Positions 57,892-64,000 of a stretch of 64,000 nucleotides of DNA are shown here, in pieces. The notes under the pieces were generated by a model, which saw nothing but the letters and a program-made list of their open reading frames with translations, was not told the origin of the DNA and did not search any database. Position 1 is the stretch's first letter. Each line of letters opens with the position of its first letter. The translations under genes and the position numbers were made by a program. The DNA lies in the IMG/VR virus record IMGVR_UViG_3300020474_000004, positions 1 to 64,000 of that record, one strand, 5' to 3'. This DNA comes from a virus.

Positions 57892-59538
57892 ATGTCTGAT
57901 AATGTATATCTTGGTAATCCTAATCTAAAAAAAGCAAATACTCCTATTGAGTTTACTCAAGAACAAATTCTTGAGTTTATGAAATGTAAGGAGGATCCCG
58001 TTTACTTTGCAAATAATTATATCAAGATTGTTTCTCTTGATGAAGGATTAACTCAGTTTCATCCATATGATTTTCAAGAAAAACTAATTAATAACTTTCA
58101 TAATAATAGATTTAATATCTGCAAGATGCCACGACAGACTGGTAAATCAACCACTGTGGTATCTTATCTTCTTCATTATGCTATCTTTAATGATAGTGTC
58201 AATATTGGTATTCTAGCAAACAAGGCAGCAACAGCAAGAGAACTACTTAATAGACTACAGACTGCTTACGAGAACCTCCCTAAGTGGATGCAGCAGGGTG
58301 TTCTTGTGTGGAATAGAGGATCTCTAGAACTTGATAACGGTTCTAAAATCTTAGCAGCATCGACCTCTGCTAGTGCTGTTCGAGGTATGTCTTTTAATAT
58401 TCTATTCTTGGACGAATTTGCGTTCGTTCCAAATCATGTGGCAGATTCATTCTTTGCGTCTGTTTATCCTACGATTACTTCTGGTAAAAAAACAAAAGTA
58501 ATTATTGTATCTACTCCACACGGTATGAATCACTTCTATCGAATGTGGCATGATGCAGAAAGGAGCAAAAACGAATATGTTCCAACAGATGTTCACTGGT
58601 CCGAAGTTCCAGGTAGAGATTCTATATGGAAAGATCAGACAATTTCTAACACATCAGAACAACAATTCAAAGTTGAGTTTGAATGCGAGTTTCTAGGATC
58701 CGTTGATACTCTGATTGCTCCAAGCAAGTTGAAGTCTATGGTATATGACAACCCACAGACTCGAAATGCTGGACTTGATGTATATGCTTCAGTTGAAAAG
58801 GGGCATGATTATGTAATGACTGTTGACGTAGCAAGAGGAGTTGGTGAAGATTACTCTGCATTCATAGTTGTTGATATCACACAGTTCCCTCACAGATTAG
58901 TTGCCAAATATAGAAACAACGAAATCAAACCAATGTTGTTTCCCAATATCATCTATGAAGTAGCAAAGAACTATAATAGTGCATTCATTTTATGTGAAGT
59001 AAATGATATTGGTGATCAGGTAGCAAGTATCATACAGTATGACTTGGAATATCAGAATCTATTGATGTGTTCTATGAGAGGTAGAGCTGGTCAGATTGTT
59101 GGACAGGGATTCTCTGGTAAGAAAACACAACTTGGCGTTAAGATGTCTAAGACTGTTAAAAAAGTTGGGGCACTTAATCTTAAAACTCTGATTGAAGAAA
59201 ATAAACTTATATTCTGTGATTATGAAATTATTTCCGAGTTGACTACATTCATATCAAAGAAAAACTCATTTGAAGCAGAGGAAGGTTGTAATGATGACCT
59301 TGCTATGTGTTTGGTTATCTATGCTTGGTTGGTCCAGATGGATTACTTTAAGGAACTCACAGATCAAGATGTAAGAAAGAGACTTTATGAAGATCAAAAA
59401 GATCAGATAGAACAAGACATGGCACCTTTTGGATTTATGAATGATGGACTAGATGATACTAGTTTTGTTGATAATGAGGGTGATAGATGGTTTACTGATG
59501 AGTATGGTGATATGGGTCATATGTGGGAGTATAGGTAA
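57892..59538 (+). CDS. gp17: Terminase large subunit gp17
   Basis: YLGNPNLK, Walker A PRQTGKST, Walker B LFLDEFAF, VDVARG, NDDL. Confidence 0.97.
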   Translation: MSDNVYLGNPNLKKANTPIEFTQEQILEFMKCKEDPVYFANNYIKIVSLDEGLTQFHPYDFQEKLINNFHNNRFNICKMPRQTGKSTTVVSYLLHYAIFNDSVNIGILANKAATARELLNRLQTAYENLPKWMQQGVLVWNRGSLELDNGSKILAASTSASAVRGMSFNILFLDEFAFVPNHVADSFFASVYPTITSGKKTKVIIVSTPHGMNHFYRMWHDAERSKNEYVPTDVHWSEVPGRDSIWKDQTISNTSEQQFKVEFECEFLGSVDTLIAPSKLKSMVYDNPQTRNAGLDVYASVEKGHDYVMTVDVARGVGEDYSAFIVVDITQFPHRLVAKYRNNEIKPMLFPNIIYEVAKNYNSAFILCEVNDIGDQVASIIQYDLEYQNLLMCSMRGRAGQIVGQGFSGKKTQLGVKMSKTVKKVGALNLKTLIEENKLIFCDYEIISELTTFISKKNSFEAEEGCNDDLAMCLVIYAWLVQMDYFKELTDQDVRKRLYEDQKDQIEQDMAPFGFMNDGLDDTSFVDNEGDRWFTDEYGDMGHMWEYR

Positions 59539-59759
59539 TGGATTTAGATGGGCAGATTAAGTTAGGACATCTACTACTTCAAGATAGAACTTGTAAAAAA
59601 TGCGGTGAAACAAAAAACTTAGTTGATTGTTTTTATAGGACAAGAAAGGATAGAGGAGCAGTAGCATCATCATATTCTTATGAGTGTAAAGAATGCACTA
59701 TCAAAAGAATCATGAAGGGTAAAAAATCAAACAATACATGGGAATATCCTGATTGGTAA
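59538..59759 (+). CDS. Small zinc-finger protein (CxxC...CxxC)
   Basis: RTCKKCGETK...FY...YECKEC. Confidence 0.75.
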   Translation: MDLDGQIKLGHLLLQDRTCKKCGETKNLVDCFYRTRKDRGAVASSYSYECKECTIKRIMKGKKSNNTWEYPDW

Positions 59760-59796
59760 TTCACGTCATGTTTCCCCTGTGAAAAGTAACCTTTTG

Positions 59797-59803
59797 ATAA
59801 ATA
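59797..59803 (+). promoter_or_regulatory. Late promoter
   Basis: ATAAATA upstream of gp18. Confidence 0.6.
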
Positions 59804-59837
59804 TTTTCAGATAAACTGAGATCACGGAGAAACAAAC

Positions 59838-62066
59838 ATGGCGACTCCTCAATTATCTCCTGGAGTACTGGTAAGGGAGGTTGACCTAACAGTAGGAAGA
59901 GCTGATAATGTTTTAGATAACATTGGTGGCATTGCGGCACCATTTGAAATTGGACCTGTAGAAGAGGTAACTAATATCCCTACAGAGCAAAGACTTCTGT
60001 CTGTATTCGGAGAACCAAAGGAAGCAGATAGTCACTATGAGTATTGGATGAGTGCATCGTCCTACCTCTCATATGGTGGTGTTCTTAAGGTAGTAAGAGC
60101 AGACGATGACGATCTGAAGAACTCGAATGCAGGTGTAGGAATTGCAAATACAACTACACTGAAAATCAAGAACTACGACGACTACGGTAACAACTACGAG
60201 TCAGCAACTGACTTCTACTATGCTGCTAAGAATCCAGGTTCTTGGGCAGATGGACTGAAGGTTTGCTACATCGACGACCTTGCAGACCAGACACTTGGAG
60301 TTTCGACAAACAGCGCAGGTGCAAACCTTGGACTTGCTGGTTTAGGTGCTACAGTTGGAATGGGTGTTACTGCAGCAATTTCTGGAGTTCTTCCAAATGC
60401 ATCGACTGGTGGCACATCCTCTTTCACTGGATATCTGAAAGCAATTGTCACCGGAGTAAGCACAGCAACATCTGGAACCGCAAGTTCTATTGATGTAAAG
60501 ATTGTTTCGAGAGTAGACTCCGCAGGAACAGAAACAAGAATTGATTATGCAGAGGGAGATGGATTCTCATCCTTCGATACTGCTGATACATTATTCTTCA
60601 CATCTAATGCAGGAAATGTAACTACAGGACAAGCAGTAGCAACCGCAGTTGACTGGTATGATCAGCAGACTTTAGGTCTTACAAATTCCACAGTATACTG
60701 GAAGACTCTTGCTCCAAAACCAGGAACAAGTGTTTATGCTGATGAAAGACAAGGACATGGCGATGAACTTCACATCGCTGTTGTTGATGACAATGGAGAT
60801 TTAACCGGAGTCAAAGGTAATATCCTTGAGAAGCACACTGGTCTTTCCAAAGCAACAGATGCTGTATCTGCTGTTAATGCTCCACAAAAGATTTACTATA
60901 AAGATTATATTAGAGATTTATCTACCAACCTTTACGCTGGTAAAAATCCTCTCGCTGCTATTGATGCTCATCATGGAACTGCCCCAACGGCAACTGGATT
61001 TACTGCCTATACTGGAGTAAAATCAGCATCCTTTACCGCAGAAGGTGGCGCTGCAAACCAAGGTGGAGTTGCACAAGATAAGCAATTCCTTTCTATCGGT
61101 AATAAGACTTATACCTTCGCAGGTGGTAATGATTACCAGAGCACTGGTGGAGATGGTTACAAGGCAGACCTTGGAAAACTTATTTCCGCATACGGACTCT
61201 TTAGTAATAAGGATGAAACCGAAGTTGACTTCTTAATCATGGGACCTGGTTGTGATACTGAAGCACAATCTCAAGCAAAAGCAAATTATCTTATCTCTCT
61301 CGCAGGAGCAAGAAAAGATTGTATGGCAGTTGTTGGTCCTCATAGAGCAAACGTTGTCAACATCACAAACACTGAGACTCAGACAACCAATCTGATTAAC
61401 TATTTCAGCCCATTACAATCCTCTTCCTACGCGGTATTTGATTCCGGTTATAAGTATACCTTTGATCGTTTCAATAACAAGTTCCGTTATATTCCATGCA
61501 ACCCAGATGTTGCTGGAATGATGGCAAGAACTGCTCTCAACTCCTATCCATGGTTCTCACCAGCAGGTCAGCAGAGAGGTGTTATTAATAACGCTGTTAA
61601 ACTTGCTTACAACCCATCTAAGACTCAAAGAGATCGTCTCTATCCTAAGAGAATCAACTCCTTCATCACTTCGCCTGGTGCTGGAACATTCCTCTTCGGT
61701 GATAAGACTGCACTTGCTTATCAGTCTGCTTTCGACAGAATCAACGTTCGCCGCTTGTTCCTCACAATTGAGCAATCACTTGAGAGAGCAGCACAAGCAC
61801 AACTCTTCGAACTCAACGACGAGTTAACGAGAGCAAACTTTAGAAACATTGTTGAACCATACCTCCGTGATGTTCAAGCAAAGAGAGGACTGATTGACTT
61901 CCTCGTTATCTGTGATGAGTCGAATAACACACCAGATGTTATTGATAATAATGAATTTAGAGCAGACATCTTCCTGAAGCCTGCCAAGTCGATTAACTTC
62001 ATTACACTTACTTTCGTCGCCACACGTACTGGAGCAAGTTTCCAGGAAGTCGCTGGTAGAGTTTGA
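59838..62066 (+). CDS. gp18: Tail sheath protein gp18
   Basis: LSPGVLVREVDLT, PWFSPAG, FDRINVRRLF, KPAKSINFITLTFVA. Confidence 0.97.
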   Translation: MATPQLSPGVLVREVDLTVGRADNVLDNIGGIAAPFEIGPVEEVTNIPTEQRLLSVFGEPKEADSHYEYWMSASSYLSYGGVLKVVRADDDDLKNSNAGVGIANTTTLKIKNYDDYGNNYESATDFYYAAKNPGSWADGLKVCYIDDLADQTLGVSTNSAGANLGLAGLGATVGMGVTAAISGVLPNASTGGTSSFTGYLKAIVTGVSTATSGTASSIDVKIVSRVDSAGTETRIDYAEGDGFSSFDTADTLFFTSNAGNVTTGQAVATAVDWYDQQTLGLTNSTVYWKTLAPKPGTSVYADERQGHGDELHIAVVDDNGDLTGVKGNILEKHTGLSKATDAVSAVNAPQKIYYKDYIRDLSTNLYAGKNPLAAIDAHHGTAPTATGFTAYTGVKSASFTAEGGAANQGGVAQDKQFLSIGNKTYTFAGGNDYQSTGGDGYKADLGKLISAYGLFSNKDETEVDFLIMGPGCDTEAQSQAKANYLISLAGARKDCMAVVGPHRANVVNITNTETQTTNLINYFSPLQSSSYAVFDSGYKYTFDRFNNKFRYIPCNPDVAGMMARTALNSYPWFSPAGQQRGVINNAVKLAYNPSKTQRDRLYPKRINSFITSPGAGTFLFGDKTALAYQSAFDRINVRRLFLTIEQSLERAAQAQLFELNDELTRANFRNIVEPYLRDVQAKRGLIDFLVICDESNNTPDVIDNNEFRADIFLKPAKSINFITLTFVATRTGASFQEVAGRV

Positions 62067-62099
62067 TCATAATCATAAAATAACGGAGGATTTCTAAAA

Positions 62100-62771
62100 A
62101 TGTCAAACTTACGCACGCTCACCTCTTTTAAATCCGCACTTTTGGGTGGGGGAGCAAGACCAAATTTATTCGAAGTTTCAATTCCAACATTCCCAGCAGC
62201 AGCATTACAATCTATTCCAAATCAAGAGTGGAATGCTGCTGCTCAAACGGATCTAAACTTCATGTGTAAGGCTGCCCAGTTGCCTGCATCTAATATTGCT
62301 TCTATCGATATTCCTTTTAGAGGTCGTACTCTGAAGGTTGCTGGTGATAGAACCATCGAAAACTGGACAATCACAATCCTTAATGATGAAGGATTCACTT
62401 TGAGAACTAAATTTGAAATTTGGATGAATGGTATTGCTAAATTGGATGACAATACTGGTGCTACAAGTCCAGCTGCTTATATGGCAGAAGCATACGTCTA
62501 TCAGTTAGGTAGAGGATATGCTAAGAACAAGCATAGTACATCCAATGGAGGAGCAGGTGATGCTGCTGCTGAACCACCAGTAAAAGTTAAGCCTCTTAGA
62601 TCTTATACTTTCCATTCCATCTTCCCAGTAAACGTATCTGCGATTGATCTCTCTTACGATTCGAGTGATACAATTGAAGAGTTTACAGTTGAGTTTGCTG
62701 TTCAGAGTATTTCTGCTAACGGAGCAACCGGTGAGACAGATCAGAACGGAGTAACAATCAACGGATTCTGA
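62100..62771 (+). CDS. gp19: Tail tube protein gp19
   Basis: GGARPNLFEV, PFRGR-x-LKVAGDRT, IEEFTVEF. Confidence 0.96.
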   Translation: MSNLRTLTSFKSALLGGGARPNLFEVSIPTFPAAALQSIPNQEWNAAAQTDLNFMCKAAQLPASNIASIDIPFRGRTLKVAGDRTIENWTITILNDEGFTLRTKFEIWMNGIAKLDDNTGATSPAAYMAEAYVYQLGRGYAKNKHSTSNGGAGDAAAEPPVKVKPLRSYTFHSIFPVNVSAIDLSYDSSDTIEEFTVEFAVQSISANGATGETDQNGVTINGF

Positions 62772-62792
62772 TTGACTCTATTTTCTCTCCTA

Positions 62793-62799
62793 ATAAATA
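62793..62799 (+). promoter_or_regulatory. Late promoter
   Basis: ATAAATA upstream of gp20. Confidence 0.6.
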
Positions 62800-62825
62800 G
62801 TAGAGATACAGTTTAGAGTTTAATA

Positions 62826-64000
62826 ATGTCCAAATTATTTGGGTTCTCTATTGAGGATACTGAACCACTCTCACCATCAGTAGTCTCCCCCGTCCCTCAG
62901 TCAAATGAGGACGGGGTTGACCACTATATGAGTAGTGGTTTTTTTGGTTCCTACGTAGATATTGAAGGCGTATATAAAACTGAATTTGATCTCATCAAGA
63001 GATATCGTGAGATGGCGCTTCATCCAGAGTGTGATAGTGCGATTGAAGATATTGTAAACGAGGCAATCGTTTCTGATAGTAACGATACTCCTGTTGAGAT
63101 TGAACTCTCAAACCTTAATGCTAGCGATGGTATTAAGAAATCTATTAGACAAGAATTTAAGCACATCATAGATTTACTGGATTTTAATAAGAAAGCACAT
63201 GAAATCTATAGGAATTGGTACATTGATGGTAGACTTTATTATCATAAAATAATCGATCTAAAGAAACCTGAAGATGGTATTCAGGAACTTCGTTATATTG
63301 ACGCAATGAAAATGCGTTATGTAAGGAAGCAAAAGAAGAATGAAAAGAAAGAACTAAATCGTCTCAATCCATTGAAGCAAGATCCAATGGATTATGATTT
63401 CCCAGAATTGGAAGAGTTTTTTATCTATAATCCAAAAGCGGGAATGGGTGGCAACCCAATGCAATCAAGTGCGAGTCAAGGTATTAAAATGACTAAAGAC
63501 TCAGTAGCTTATTGTACATCTGGTTTAGTAGATAGAAATAAAGGATCAACGCTTTCATATCTTCATAAAGCAATCAAGTCTCTCAATCAACTGAGAATGA
63601 TTGAGGATAGTCTCGTCATTTATAGACTTTCAAGAGCACCAGAACGTCGTATTTTCTATATTGATGTTGGCAATCTTCCAAAAATTAAAGCAGAACAGTA
63701 TCTGCGTGACGTTATGATGAGATATCGTAACAAGTTAGTATACGATGCGTCCACAGGAGAGATTCGTGATGACAAAAAGTACATGGCTATGCTTGAGGAC
63801 TTCTGGTTGCCCAGACGTGAAGGAGGCAGAGGAACTGAAATTTCTACTCTTCCTGGCGGTCAAAACCTGGGAGAAATCACTGACATTGAGTATTTTAAGA
63901 AGAAACTTTACAGGTCCCTTAATGTTCCGCCGTCACGTATGGACGGAGAAGGTGGATTTAATCTGGGTAGATCATCTGAAATACTTAGGGATGAACTGAA
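62826..64000 (+). CDS. gp20: Portal vertex protein gp20 (partial; runs off the window, absent from the ORF track)
   Basis: MSKLFGFSI...YREMALHPECDSAIEDIVNE...WYIDGR...RAPERRIFYIDVGNLPK...EDFWLPRREGGRGTEI. Confidence 0.96.
   Translation, partial: MSKLFGFSIEDTEPLSPSVVSPVPQSNEDGVDHYMSSGFFGSYVDIEGVYKTEFDLIKRYREMALHPECDSAIEDIVNEAIVSDSNDTPVEIELSNLNASDGIKKSIRQEFKHIIDLLDFNKKAHEIYRNWYIDGRLYYHKIIDLKKPEDGIQELRYIDAMKMRYVRKQKKNEKKELNRLNPLKQDPMDYDFPELEEFFIYNPKAGMGGNPMQSSASQGIKMTKDSVAYCTSGLVDRNKGSTLSYLHKAIKSLNQLRMIEDSLVIYRLSRAPERRIFYIDVGNLPKIKAEQYLRDVMMRYRNKLVYDASTGEIRDDKKYMAMLEDFWLPRREGGRGTEISTLPGGQNLGEITDIEYFKKKLYRSLNVPPSRMDGEGGFNLGRSSEILRDEL

Noticed and set aside
13447-62452. Numerous minus-strand and alternate-frame ORFs in the track (e.g. 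42557..43204, 52075..52629, 63745..63999)
   Set aside because: They are shadows of long plus-strand genes rich in Gly/Thr/Ser/Ala codons, with no ribosome-binding sites, promoters or recognisable motifs; 63745..63999 is out of frame within gp20.
57892-64000. Inteins or introns in gp17, gp18, gp19 or gp20
   Set aside because: Reading frames are continuous and of normal length, with no intein or LAGLIDADG motifs.
1-64000. tRNA genes, rRNA and photosynthesis auxiliary genes (psbA, hli)
   Set aside because: No cloverleaf with a T-loop and acceptor stem was found in the few intergenic gaps, and no such protein motifs were recognised; a tRNAscan run would be needed to exclude tRNAs fully.

Overview
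This window is a 64-kb segment of a T4-like marine cyanomyovirus genome (Kyanoviridae type; Synechococcus/Prochlorococcus phage). All credible genes are on the + strand. (1) 1-9.3 kb is an early/accessory region of small ORFs in cassettes. Each cassette is headed by a repeated sigma70-like promoter with an upstream GTGCCAGT...AASTGTCCAC dyad, and one instead has an NtcA-type GTA-N8-TAC box. It also holds a PD-(D/E)xK-like nuclease, a ParB-like protein, a beta-class DNA methyltransferase, a ligase-fold protein and a HExxH protein. (2) 9.3-10.1 kb is a mostly non-coding junction that looks like a host-type replication origin: terminator, AT-rich tract, three phased DnaA boxes, a leftward promoter with no ORF, then a structured GC-rich leader. 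(3) 10.1-64 kb is the late structural module with TAAATA late promoters: gp25, gp6, gp7, gp8, VrlC-like, gp13-16, a ~17.7-kb fibre island, gp17, gp18, gp19 and the start of gp20. Top leads: the oriC-like element, the NtcA-class promoter, promoter cassettes fused into upstream gene ends, a C-terminal DGGxF / N-terminal FKR pattern among fibre proteins, a possible protease-processed polyprotein, and a cupredoxin-like motif in a fibre. All calls come from reading the sequence and from recalled family motifs; no searches were run.
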